This document shows, piece by piece, positions 1-11,829 of a stretch of 63,748 bases of DNA. This stretch comes from Octopus bimaculoides. Lineage: Eukaryota. The stretch covers positions 57,404,488 through 57,468,235 of the forward strand of contig NC_068985.1 of assembly GCF_001194135.2 (NCBI RefSeq). The letters run 5' to 3'. The notes under the pieces are model-generated. The model had not been told where the DNA came from. It saw only the letters and a list, made by a program, of their open reading frames with translations, and searched no databases. Position numbers and translations under genes: made by a program. Position 1 is the first letter of the stretch. Each line of letters starts with the position of its first letter.

Positions 1-29
1 ATATATATATATATATATACGATGGACTC

Positions 30-305
30 TCCCATCGTTAGGCAACATATGAGGGTTCGTCAATTTCCTACCGAACAACCACACATGATTTGTTTATAGT
101 GATCAAAATATTTGTGTAGACATATGCTCCCTCCCTCCATCAGATTGACATTACCTGTACAAGTGCAACGGGTGCCACATGTCAGATATCGAAGTGATCG
201 CAGAGCAACATGAAATGAAGTGCTTTGCTCAAGAACATAACGCAACGCCTGGTCTGGAAATCGATCCCACGATCTCGCAATTGTCATTGCAAACACTTAA
301 CCACA
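30..305 (-). mobile_element. tRNA-derived SINE with CORE-like segment (family D), degraded
   Basis: Reverse complement reads GTGGTTAAG...GGGATCGATTTCCAGACCAGGCGTTGCGTTATGTTCTTGAGCAAAGCACTTCATTTCATGTTGCTC (tRNA-like head plus CORE-like box); homologous to 36985-37190 and probably 13990-14220. Confidence 0.6.
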
Positions 306-364
306 CGCACACGTGCGCGGACACACACACACACACATACAAACACACATATATATATATATAT

Positions 365-775
365 ATGATGATTGCTGCATCTTAATTGATGATAGCTGTC
401 CCATCAGCACATACCACACCCATCACAGTGCACAATCACTGCGTTGATGAGCTCTGAGATGAAATTTTAAGAGCAGCTTATGACTAACAGGGTTTGAAAC
501 ACAAGTAACACACTATCCAATTTTCTTCTATATCTTTGCCCTTTGGAGTCTGATTCAAAAAGAATGTTTTTGTGAACTGGTATATGTCTTTTAAGTCCAG
601 ATATTGTTTTACAACTTTTGGGACATATGACACAAGTTGTAAGAAGCAGTTGGTGTCCAGGATTATTACCTACCTGGGCATTTCGATTTCCATGTGATTT
701 CATATTGGTCACGTATCCAGCTTTTGACAACAGAACATGATCACATATACTTCCGTAAACGTACTAACGCTCGGG
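365..775 (-). mobile_element. 3' end of an RTE-like LINE with C-terminal C2H2 zinc finger(s), degenerate
   Basis: Minus frame SKAGYVTNMKSH...CVICPKSCKTISGLKRHIPVH (C2H2 finger at 572-634), then a short 3' region ending in an ATCATC-type tail; isolated fingers with no array or splice context. Confidence 0.5.
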
Positions 776-807
776 CACATACACTCACACGCACAAACAC
801 ACACACA

Positions 808-850
<43 letters not shown>

Positions 851-944
851 GCACGCGCTCACACACACACAAACACACATACACATGCACACGCACGTGC
901 GTGTGTGTATTCGAGCGTTAGTACGTCTACGGAAGTATATGTGA
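741..944. repeat. 33-bp inverted repeat (741-773 / 912-944, 1 mismatch) enclosing a (CA)n microsatellite
   Basis: TCACATATACTTCCGTAAACGTACTAACGCTCG versus CGAGCGTTAGTACGTCTACGGAAGTATATGTGA. Confidence 0.85.
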
Positions 945-1544
945 ACCAAAACGTATATCTGCGTATAGTACCGGATAGCGATGAAGAACAAATCAACAGT
1001 ACAAAGAAATCAAAAGCTACTCCTTTTAAGACTTGCATCATAAATATAGTTCTACCAATAATAATTACAGTCCACACAATCTGTCTTTCTCTTATGCAGT
1101 TATTTCTCATCTGCATATGGTGACCATGGTCCGCTGGCACTCAGCTAAAATTATACGGCATACACATAAACAGATATGTAACATGGCACCATAAAATCAG
1201 TTAACTTTTAGTTTTGTGCGTCATTCGACTGTGTGCTGCACACGAATTATCTACCTTTCCACGGGTGTCGCTGCTTTGTGAAAGTGTGTAAGAGACCAGC
1301 ACCGTTCAATGGCAGCCGAAATATTCTGACCTATAAAGACACCTCTTCAATTTTCTTTCTACTCTGGTTCAGTAAAATTGTGTTAGTAAACGTATCTGAG
1401 CTTAATTTAAATGTTGTGGATTCAACTCGTTCTACTTTCAACTCTAACAATATGTGTTAAGTGCATAATTTTTAATTTCTTCAACCAGCTAATGAAGAAG
1501 TAAAATTGTTTAGTTATAAACTATATTAATTTTATTCTTCTATT

Positions 1545-1730
1545 CTTTTATTCCTTCATTTGTTTCAGTCATTTTACTGCGGCGATCTTGGAGCACCACC
1601 TTTAGTCGAGCAAATCGACCCCAGGACTAATTCTTTGTAAGCCTAGTACTTATTCTATCGGTCTCTGTTGCCGAATCGCTAATGTGACGGGGACGTAAAC
1701 ACACCACCATCGGTTGTCAAGCGATATTGG
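1545..1730 (-). mobile_element. SINE family A, 3' half
   Basis: Reverse complement of the module CTTGACAACCGATG...GGTTCGGCAA...TAAGTACTAGGCTTACAAAGAAT...CCAGCATGGCCGCAGTC...ACTGAAACAA seen at 9546-9720 and 58816-59000. Confidence 0.85.
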
Positions 1731-1806
1731 GGAGAGAAACAAAGACGCACAAACATACGTACATACATACATACACACACAGAGAGAGACATACACACAC
1801 ACACAC

Positions 1807-1839
<33 letters not shown>

Positions 1840-2497
1840 TATATANNNNNNNNNNNNNNNNNNNNNNNNNNNNNNNNNNNNNNNNNNNNNNNNNNNNNNN
1901 NNNNNNNNNNNNNNNNNNNNNNNNNNNNNNNNNNNNNNNNNNNNNNNNNNNNNNNNNNNNNNNNNNNNNNNNNNNNNNNNNNNNNNNNNNNNNNNNNNNN
2001 NNNNNNNNNNNNNNNNNNNNNNNNNNNNNNNNNNNNNNNNNNNNNNNNNNNNNNNNNNNNNNNNNNNNNNNNNNNNNNNNNNNNNNNNNNNNNNNNNNNN
2101 NNNNNNNNNNNNNNNNNNNNNNNNNNNNNNNNNNNNNNNNNNNNNNNNNNNNNNNNNNNNNNNNNNNNNNNNNNNNNNNNNNNNNNNNNNNNNNNNNNNN
2201 NNNNNNNNNNNNNNNNNNNNNNNNNNNNNNNNNNNNNNNNNNNNNNNNNNNNNNNNNNNNNNNNNNNNNNNNNNNNNNNNNNNNNNNNNNNNNNNNNNNN
2301 NNNNNNNNNNNNNNNNNNNNNNNNNNNNNNNNNNNNNNNNNNNNNNNNNNNNNNNNNNNNNNNNNNNNNNNNNNNNNNNNNNNNNNNNNNNNNNNNNNNN
2401 NNNNNNNNNNNNNNNNNNNNNNNNNNNNNNNNNNNNNNNNNNNNNNNNNNTATATATATATATATATAGATATGTATGTATGTGGATGTGGGTGTGT

Positions 2498-2558
<61 letters not shown>

Positions 2559-3330
2559 TTCAATCTTAGTTCTCGTCAGTGGATCTTGCTAGGGCTAATC
2601 GATAACTCACATCGTCAAACGCATGATAAAGACCGTCGAAAAGCGTGTTTATCATTTGTCTTTAGTTTTGAATTGCTAATGGGCAACCTATATTTTAATA
2701 TATTTAATATATCATATTATTTTATTCATACTATACACTCCTACCGATTTGAATTAGCGCATGCTTTACAACCTTATTTTCTCATGATTTTGACGTGGCG
2801 AGTTACTCTTTAAACCTAGGCACAGTAAGATCCACTGAAGAGAACTAAAACTGAATTAATCAGAGTTCGAAACCACGTGAGTTGGATATATCTGTTACTT
2901 CATTTGTGAGTTTGTTCTCACTACGGTAAGATGCTTTCTAGCTTCGACTCATTCATCAATTCATTGAGTTAGCGCTTTTTTGTGGCGTTGTGAGTCGCTT
3001 TTGACTCTTTTTTCTAGCAATGCTGGTTCTATTTTTGTTCCCTTGTTTATTAATCAGCCTTTAGGCTTAAATTAGTAATGGACCATCTATATTATAATAT
3101 ATTTAATATATATTTATATATATATATATATATNNNNNNNNNNNNNNNNNNNNNNNNNNNNNNNNNNNNNNNNNNNNNNNNNNNNNNNNNNNNNNNNNNN
3201 NNNNNNNNNNNNNNNNNNNNNNNNNNNNNNNNNNNNNNNNNNNNNNNNNNNNNNNNNNNNNNNNNNNNNNNNNNNNNNNNNNNNNNNNNNNNNNNNNNNN
3301 NNNNNNNNNNNNNNNNNNNNNNNNNNNNNN

Positions 3331-3372
<42 letters not shown>

Positions 3373-4437
3373 GTGCGTGTGTATGTGTTTGTTTGTGTGT
3401 GTAGGGGGGAAGGGTTGTGTGTGTTCCCCAAAATCGTAGCAACACCTACAGTAGGTTCTTATCTGTTGTTTACGTCCTGTTAAATCGACCCCATAAATTT
3501 CATACGCAGTTCTATTCAAAGACGACTTGTCTATCTACATTATGATTCAATATGTTTTGCGTACGTCTTGCTCTCTCAGTTCTTATTCTTGTCATCATTC
3601 TCGTAATGTATCTTACTCTTATGTTTTATGTATATTTATGTTATTATTTGTGATTAGCATTGATTAAATATTTGTCTTGTCGCTGTCGCTGTAGACAGTG
3701 TGATTAGTGTGATACCCAATTATGCTTATGTTGTTATTGTACAAGCTTCTATTGAAAAGAAATGTGATCACTTTGAGATAATGTGCATCATGTGTATTCA
3801 CTTCAGTGTTGTGTGATTGTAATTGCTGCTGTCGTTGTTTGTATCATTAGTATTGCCGGTGTTATTGTTGTTTAGTTCCAAGGCAGTATTGTTCAAGCAG
3901 ACGCATGATCAAAGCGATTCCAGCTTTGACCATCCCATCTTCTGTTTAAAAATACATTATCTCATATAAACTTATTTTGTGTACAAAACGAGATACGAAT
4001 GTGATTCGAAGTAAATTTGGTTGTTATTCCCACTAGTTCAAATGACTACTTGGAGTCCTGCATGTAGGATCACGTCACACGAATTGTCGTATTGCAACCC
4101 ACTTGGAAAATCCAAATATGGTTGTTGAATTGTGTAGTGTTGATGAGGTGTACACAGAGAGACCACTACGTCATATTACATCGGTCTATACCAATATACT
4201 CGTATACGAAACTAATATAGTGGCATACTATTTCGTTTCTACTAGTATGCTGGTATATAGTAGAGCAAATCTTGTGTCTTACCATGGTGTTTTAGTTTAT
4301 TTAACTGTAATTAATACAAGCCAGGCATTGTAGCACCGCTTACTCTTTCCTATGTTATACACAGAGTCATACATATACACCTGCACACACACAGACTTAC
4401 ACACACGCATACTGACACAAAAACAGACACATATACA

Positions 4438-4511
<74 letters not shown>

Positions 4512-4531
4512 TAGATAGATAGATAGATAGA

Positions 4532-4563
<32 letters not shown>

Positions 4564-5448
4564 CATAGTCTGATCAATAAGTGTCTACATTGTTGCCATA
4601 GTGAAGAAGCTAAAGCACGCAGAGTAAATCGTTTGGCACCGATTGGCGGTGAGCTCTGCTGTGCATGCGCACCAAGTCTTAACGTTCTAACTCACTTCCG
4701 CTGTTTACAGCAGTGTTTGGAAGGAAGGTGTGTAGCGGTTGATCGTCGCATTGACCATGACACAGAAAGTTGAGCAGAGGATATGCACCAAAAGCTTGGT
4801 GATACCCGGCTCAGAGGCCTACTCACAGTTTTCAAAATTTTTTCAACGTTCTTCACAAAATCTAGGAGATCATGTGCAACTGAAACCCATGTGTCTCTTC
4901 GGTCAGCGGAAAACAATTTTGGCACAAACTTCGGCAGAAACGCGTCTCATGTAAATCTTTAGTGATAATGGACTGAACTAAATCGTAACTAATCTGCACA
5001 TTCTCTGGTAACTCGCGGATGGTGTTTCGATGATTTCCCCTCATAGCTGCACGCACATCTGCGATGTTTTTCTCAGTTCTGCTGGTTGCGGGTCTCCCAG
5101 AACGTTCGTCAATATCGACATTTTTTCGGCCGTCTTGGAAACGTCGGAAACCCTTAGACACTTGTGTGCAGCTCATATACTCTCCTCCATACACTTTCTG
5201 CAACTTTACGTAGGCATCTGAGCAGGTACCGCCATGACAACTTTCTCTGTCATGGTCAATGCGACGGTCACACACTACACACCTTATTTCCAAGCACTAC
5301 TGTAAATAGCGGAATTGAGCTAGAACGTTAAAACTTAAGTCTTCATGCAGAGCAGCGTTCAAGGTCAATTTATACCAAGCGGTTTCACTCTCTGTGCTTT
5401 AGCTTCGTTACTATGTCAACAGTCCATATACTTATTGATCATACCTCG
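4564..5448. mobile_element. Non-autonomous mariner derivative made of two inverted left ends (about 260-bp inverted repeats) with a partial transposase
   Basis: TA-flanked termini C(A/G)(T/A)(A/G)GT(C/A)TGATCAATAAGT at both ends; 4564-4822 is an inverted copy of 5448-5210; minus strand encodes mariner HTH (LQKVYG...RFQDGRKNVDIDERSGRPATS) through (V)PKLFSAD...KILKTV. Confidence 0.85.
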
Positions 5449-5639
5449 TATACATTTATATATAGACATGAAATGTTCGTATTTAATTGTTGAACAAGGA
5501 AAATCACGTAGGCATTGATGAACATATGTCATACCAATTTTACTTTGAATAAAAATACAGTGATCCAAGAATATCACACGAGACTAAGAAAATATAGCAG
5601 TCTGATCTCTCCTTACAACACAACAATATCCCACAATGC

Positions 5640-6760
5640 ATTTGCAGTGCCTCTCCTGGTTACAACATTTGGAATACTTGACTGATCTGTAGAAGTCCAC
5701 TCTATATACATTACCTCACGATTCTTACGTCAACTGGAAATCTCTACAAAAATAGTAGACAGGCTCTACCTAAGAAGAGATAAAGTGGGTATGGGCTGCA
5801 GATCAGTACAGACAACCTTTGAGTGTTGCATAGTCTCTCTGAGACAGCACTTGCTAAGCAACAATAACAAAAATTTAGTGTTGAAAAGTGAAGAAAGCAA
5901 TATCCTACGTATTGGAAATGAGCTCCTCAAGAAGTACGCTCGTCTTGATAACCTCCCATACAATCCCAAACCAGCCGAACTAGCATACCTAAAAGAAGAC
6001 CTGGAGGTGAAACCCTCAGGAAACCAAAAAGAAAAGACCATGCATTGATATGTTTCTCGAAGATTTGAAGATTATAACTTGATAGAAAGCGAAGCATTTC
6101 TTGGAGTTATGAGCGCTACTTCACATCACACTGCGAAGGCTACGCATTTGCAATCCAAGAACAGGAGATTGCTACTAAATACCTAATAGACAAAAGAGAC
6201 AGTGAAGCCTTTGCAGTTCCAAAGTGCAATCGTAAATATAGATTATGTGATATTTCTGTGGAAGATATCAGTTATATGATTGGCAGCTGCTGAAAGATGT
6301 CATCAGGGTCCTACCCCCTTATGGGACATGACGTCTCAAAAACAATAAACGATGCCATTCGGAACAAATACTGTCCTGCAATAAACATAGAGAATCCCCC
6401 TGTTATTGAACATGTGCACAAACATAACAATGAATACAGGTAATACATTCCCATCAAAACATCTGTCTAGAGTAAGCATAACAGGTCAGATATTGTTGTT
6501 TGGGGAGACAAGAACAAGTATGTGTCGTTATGGAAGTCAGCTGTCGTGCTGATGAGAATATCTCTTTGAAAATCAAAGAGAGAGAAGATAACTATGGATA
6601 ACTGCTTCGATATCTCCAGCTTCGATATCCAGATTACAAATTTAAATTGATTCTATTAATAATTGGAGCACTTGCTTTTGCAAGTAAATGCTTGACTGTC
6701 AGTCTGGATCAACTTGGATTTTCAGAAAAAAGAAATCAACCAACTGATTCGCACAATACA
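5640..6760 (+). mobile_element. R4/Dong-type non-LTR retrotransposon, 3' part (post-RT, CCHC relic, restriction-like endonuclease), pseudogenised
   Basis: VDRLYLRRDK.GMG.RSVQTTFECCIVSLRQHL; RLC...VEDISY..GSC...RHD; HNRSDIVVW...EVSCRADENISLKIKEREDNYG...IIGAL, with stops and frameshifts. Confidence 0.8.
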
Positions 6761-6962
6761 AACATAATTTGTAAGCGGAACTGTAAGCTATGCATAATTT
6801 CTTTCTCGGGTTTAGAATGTGTTATTGTTTTCGTTATCTACATTCCTAAGATGGAGCTTGATATCTTTGTAAGAAACCAACTCTTCCTTCAGAGGAAGAA
6901 TTTAAATACTTAAAATAGAAGAGATATACATACATATATATACTTACGTACATACATACATA

Positions 6963-7017
<55 letters not shown>

Positions 7018-8780
7018 NNNNNNNNNNNNNNNNNNNNNNNNNNNNNNNNNNNNNNNNNNNNNNNNNNNNNNNNNNNNNNNNNNNNNNNNNNNNNNNNNNN
7101 NNNNNNNNNNNNNNNNNNNNNNNNNNNNNNNNNNNNNNNNNNNNNNNNNNNNNNNNNNNNNNNNNNNNNNNNNNNNNNNNNNNNNNNNNNNNNNNNNNNN
7201 NNNNNNNNNNNNNNNNNNNNNNNNNNNNNNNNNNNNCAATTGATGTGAATGATTCTTAAAATCAAAGACACGTCTGTCCCCCGACTGATGTGAATTGTAA
7301 TATTAAATACCGAAAGTCTATGAGACTGGCACTCTACCGATTCTGTAATTCATTTTCCTCTTTTAAATAATATTGTATTATTGATCACTCACATCACCTA
7401 GAATATTGATTTTTTCAGATAAACAGAAATATATTAAAAATATGAACAAGTAAGCTAATTACATTCGACATATTTGTTTGGATATTTTCCAAAATGATGG
7501 AATGTGAGCTTAGATTAAACAAATCAAAACCAGAGGGCTGTAAGCAGAAACTCAAAAGTTATAACTATAAACGACCTAAATGTATCAAAATGTATGAATA
7601 TTTGAAAGTAGTTTGGATTATTGAATTGATAGGGGGGCAAGATAACTTAAAAGATATTGTAAATGATATTACAGTTGATAGAGAACCAGAAAGACATTTA
7701 ATAGAGAACTGAGATTGTGTGCCAAGTACGCAATTAGCAGCGAGCACTGACCAGACAATCCTCACCTGGAACCAGCTACACAATATTTGCAAAGCCTACT
7801 TCGAGTACTAATCGTGGTACTTCAGGTATAACCTATTACAGGTGATGCGCTATGGCAATTTTGGGATCCTGCAGATATCCTGGGCCTAAACACGGAGTAG
7901 CGTCCTAAGTGCATGAGTGCTGTGCGAACACCTACCTATGATGCCTCAAAATTTTGAACCTCAGTTACGTGGTTTCGGGATCTGTTTCACTGCGCAGTGC
8001 AACTATTTTCTATTATACTACCTTGCTGACCAATGCCTTCTCATTGAACTTAGTAAATGAAAACTGTGTGGATTCATATATTTCTCATTGTCTTCGCCTT
8101 CAGCAGAATGCGCACCAACATACGACCATCAGATACTTGCCTCCACAGTATTCGATCATTCGAGGCATACTCGAGTCCGAGATTGTTAGAGTGAACCCCA
8201 GGTTCGGAACTTTTGTTGAGCCCTCCTGGTCGTCTGTTTCTGGTTCAGAGGTGAAATCCTTTGATATGAATCAAAATCATTCGATATACCTCATATTTTA
8301 GTTTTATCAGCCAAACTTTTCCATGCTGACTTAGGATATGTTAGAAGTGGATATTGATTTTGGATTGGAGTTTTCTTTCTTCTAGCTTAATTGCTTTCAC
8401 CGTAGCTAAGGTACTAAATCTACCGTTACAAAAAACTATTTGCCTCATAGATTGGACCCGGAAAATTGCTACCGTTATGGGTTAGAATAAATCTAATTAA
8501 ATGGTGACTCAACGCTCCCTACAACTGTAGAACTGGAGATTCACTATCGGATGCAGTGTTACGTCATGCCCAGGATATAACTGTGTGGAAGTCCCACGTA
8601 TATAATGATACATATATGTGTATGTGATTGTGTGTGTGCCTGAACGTGTGTGAGTGTAGGTGTGTGTGTGTGTATAGGTGTTGTGTGGTGTGTGCGTATG
8701 TGTGTGTGCGGTGTTGCGTATGCGCGCGTGTGTGTATGTACGTGTCGCTGTGTTTGTTTTTGCACCTGACGCCGCTTGAC

Positions 8781-9129
8781 AACCGGTGTTGCTTTGTTTC
8801 TATTCCCGTGACTTAGTGGTTCGGCAATAAAACCTCGATAGATGAAGTACCAGATTAAAAAGGGAAAACAGTTTTTGGATGAATTCGGTTAACTAAACTC
8901 CGTCTAGGCGGTGCCCCAGCATGGCCGCAATCCAATGAGAGACACAAGTAGTGGTAACCGGTGTTGCTTTGTTTCTATTCCCGTGACTTAGTAGTTCGGC
9001 AATAAAACTTCGATAGATGAAGTACCAGATTAAAAAGGGAAAACAGTTTTTAGATGAATTCGGTTAACTAAACTCCTTTTAGGTGGTGCCCCAGCATGGC
9101 CGCAATCCAATGAGAGACACAAGTAGTGG
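8781..9129 (+). repeat. Tandem duplication of a 175-bp SINE-A 3' module (8781-8955 / 8956-9129)
   Basis: Two near-identical units AACCGGTGTTGC...GACACAAGTAGTGG sharing private divergences from the family pattern. Confidence 0.9.
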
Positions 9130-9720
9130 CTGTGTGTTACGAAGCTTGCTTACCAATCACATGGTTCCGGGTTCACTTTGGGCAAGTATCTGCGTGGAAC
9201 ATTGGGCACGTGTCTTCTACTACAACCTCAGGCCGTCCAAAGCCTTCTGAGTGGATTTGGTAGATGGAAACTGAAAGAAACCCCTTGGTATATATATATA
9301 TATATATATNNNNNNNNNNNNNNNNNNNNNNNNNNNNNNNNNNNNNNNNNNNNNNNNNNNNNNNNNNNNNNNNNNNNNNNNNNNNNNNNNNNNNNNNNNN
9401 NNNNNNNNNNNNNNNNNNNNNNNNNNNNNNNNNNNNNNNNNNNNNNNNNNNNNNNNNNNNNNNNNNNNNNNNNNNNNNNNNNNNNNNNNNNNNNNNNNNN
9501 NNNNNNNNNNNNNNNNNNNNNNNNNNNNNNNNNNNNNTATATATCACTTGACAATCGATGTTGGCGTGTTTACGTCCCCGTAACTTAGCAGTTCGGCAAA
9601 AAAACAATAAAATAAGTACTAGGCTTACAAAGAATGAGTCCTGGGGTAGATTTGTTCGACTAAAGGTGGTGCTCCAGCATGGCCACAGTCCAATCACTGA
9701 AACGAATAAAAGAATAAAGA
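9130..9720 (+). mobile_element. SINE family A, near full length (tRNA-like head, internal microsatellite in gap, 3' module)
   Basis: Head AGCTTGCTT.CCAATCACATGGTTCCGGGTTCA...GTGGATTTGGTAGATGGAAACTGAAAGAA, then (TA)n and gap, then 3' module; same layout as 58602-59000. Confidence 0.85.
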
Positions 9721-9949
9721 AAACGTTAGTCAAGTCCAACCAATTGTACCATGAATACTTCTATCACGTTGACTGAGTTGCTTACTAACGTATCAGAGTA
9801 AACTCTCACTTCTGTGGACCACTCAACCAATAGTTAATATTGCTACAAAACGGTGTTACGCTATCGTTAACTTAATTATCATTTAACATTCTGAGAATTG
9901 TGTTTCCTATGGTGCTTTTACTCTACCAAATATGCTTATATCTTCTATC

Positions 9950-10145
9950 TTTTACTTATTTCAGTCATTAGACTGCGGCCATGCTGGGGCACCGCCTTGA
10001 AGAACTCCTTAGTCGAATGAATCTACGCAGTACTTTATTTTAAAGCATGAAACTTATTCTATCGAACTGTGTTGCCAAACCGCTAATTTGCGGGGAAGTA
10101 AACACACCTACACCAGTTGACCAGCGGTAACAAGAGACACAAAGA
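9950..10145 (-). mobile_element. SINE family A, 3' half
   Basis: TTTCAGTCATTAGACTGCGGCCATGCTGGGGCACCGCC...GCCAAACCGCTAA matches family A in reverse. Confidence 0.8.
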
Positions 10146-10439
10146 CACACAGGCACGCACACACACGCACACANNNNNNNNNNNNNNNNNNNNNNNNNNN
10201 NNNCTTACATGCTAATCATAGAGATGCGCCCGTATATTTATCATATTACTGACTTAAGATTATATATGTAAATAACATATATCCTTTTTTTTTTCTTTGA
10301 ATGGATGAGGTTTTATTAGAATATTTTAATCCAAAGAAACAAGTAAAGAAAGAGAGAAAAAAAAGAAAAGAAAGAAAAGGAAAAAGGTACAGGAGTGAAA
10401 TGTAGTGGAAGATGGAGGAGAGTGGGCAATGGACCATAT

Positions 10440-10700
10440 ATCCCAGAACAAATGGTGTGTTCAGCCGCACCCCGCGCTAATGTCGGCGGTGGCTTTGCCG
10501 CCGAGAATGGCTAGCGAGACTTGCTGTAGCGTCATTCCAGCTCGCGGCACTTTCTCCGGCGGCCGCTGTTAACCCTGTTTTACGGAGGAAATCGGCAGTA
10601 TTTGCCAGTTTCTTTGTAGACTGAACAAAGAAATAGAGACTGATGAACAACCATAATTGATTTTTGACTTTTGTTAGTGCCACGTCAAATGTATTTACAT
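10440..10700. other. CpG/GC-rich unique island: candidate terminal exon (minus strand) or cis-regulatory element
   Basis: GC/CpG-rich versus surroundings, not a window repeat; minus strand has acceptor-like TCTCTATTTCTTTGTTCAG, open frame STKKLANTADFLRK...HRRH* and AATAAA about 160 nt after the stop; no protein family recognised. Confidence 0.3.
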
Positions 10701-11119
10701 CAACTGGCCAACTCCAGAAAAGAAGTAGTCAATCCGTTTATCTATACATAAACTCCAGTAGCTTCAGAGAACTGAAATGTATAATTTACATACTATAAAT
10801 ATTTGACATATCATTTAATCTAATTTAAATCTGCTGGATTGATAACTGTCATACACACGGAGAAATCAGAATGTGAATAGATATTCTTGATTTACAACTT
10901 AACTAAATATTTATTATGGAAACAATTCATATATTTCGATTTCATATCGACAGCACATTTTACACAAAACAGAATATCAAACATTTATGGTCCCGGTCTC
11001 CAACGAAAGCTATAAATGTAGACAGTACATTGTGTACAACTTGTATTTCTTAGAGCTGGAACAACGAAACAAGTAAACGAGGAAAGGAAGATGATGATAA
11101 TGACGATGATGACGATGAT

Positions 11120-11275
11120 AAGAAAAAGGAGGGAAGATGAAGAAGAAGAAGAGGAATTAGAAGAAGAAGAAGAAGAAGAAGAAGAAGAAGAAGAAGAAGA
11201 AGAAGAAGAAGAGGAATTGGAAGAAGAAAAAGAAGAAGAAAAAGAAGTAGAAGAAGTACAGCAGCAGAAACAAAA
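11120..11275. repeat. (GAA)n microsatellite
   Basis: Direct reading; explains the poly-E ORF 11091-11279. Confidence 0.95.
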
Positions 11276-11280
11276 ATAAT

Positions 11281-11670
11281 GATATTGGTTTCAAATTTTG
11301 GTAAAAACCCAGGAATATTTAGGGAGGGTGTTAGTCAATTATATTGACCCTAATGGTACTTAATTTATCGACCCCCGAAAGGATGTAAGGCGAAATCGAC
11401 CTCGGCGGATTTGAATCAAGAACGTGCCAACGGACGAAATACTGCTTAAGCAATTCGTCCAGCCTGCTAACGATTCAGTCAGCTCGCCGCCTTAACATCA
11501 ACAACAGTAATAATATTCTTTTCTAGTCTAGGTACAAAGCACGAAATTTTGTGGGAGGGGAAGTCCATTAGATCGATCCTAGTACGCATCTGGTACTTAA
11601 TTTATCGACCCCGAAAGGATGAAAGGCAAAGTCGACTTCGGAGGAATTTGAACGCAGAACACAAAGACGG
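11281..11670 (-). mobile_element. Two tandem tRNA-derived SINEs, family B (11497-11281 and 5'-truncated 11670-11510)
   Basis: Reverse complement AGGCGGCGAGCTGACTGAATCGTTAGC...GATTCAAATCCGCCGAGGTCGATTTCGCCTT.CATCCTTTCGGGGGTCGATAAATTAAGTACCA; second copy has the alternative tail (...CTAGAAAAGAATATT). Confidence 0.85.
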
Positions 11671-11683
11671 TTGAATGTGTTAG

Positions 11684-11733
<50 letters not shown>

Positions 11734-11829
11734 CTTGGACTGATAGATTATTTATCAGCTTTGGAAGGATGAAAAGCAGGATTTGAACACAGACTTGAGT
11801 AGGGTTTGAACACAGAAGACAGAGAATCA

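Noticed and set aside
572-634. C2H2 finger as a member of the cephalopod zinc-finger gene expansion
   Set aside because: No TGEKP linkers or array; context and tail fit a LINE C-terminus better.
7270-7335. CTGATGT...CGAAAGTCTATGAGACTG hammerhead-like string
   Set aside because: A9 is missing, helix II is poor, the cleavage triplet would be CUG and no helix I forms; at most a dead relic.
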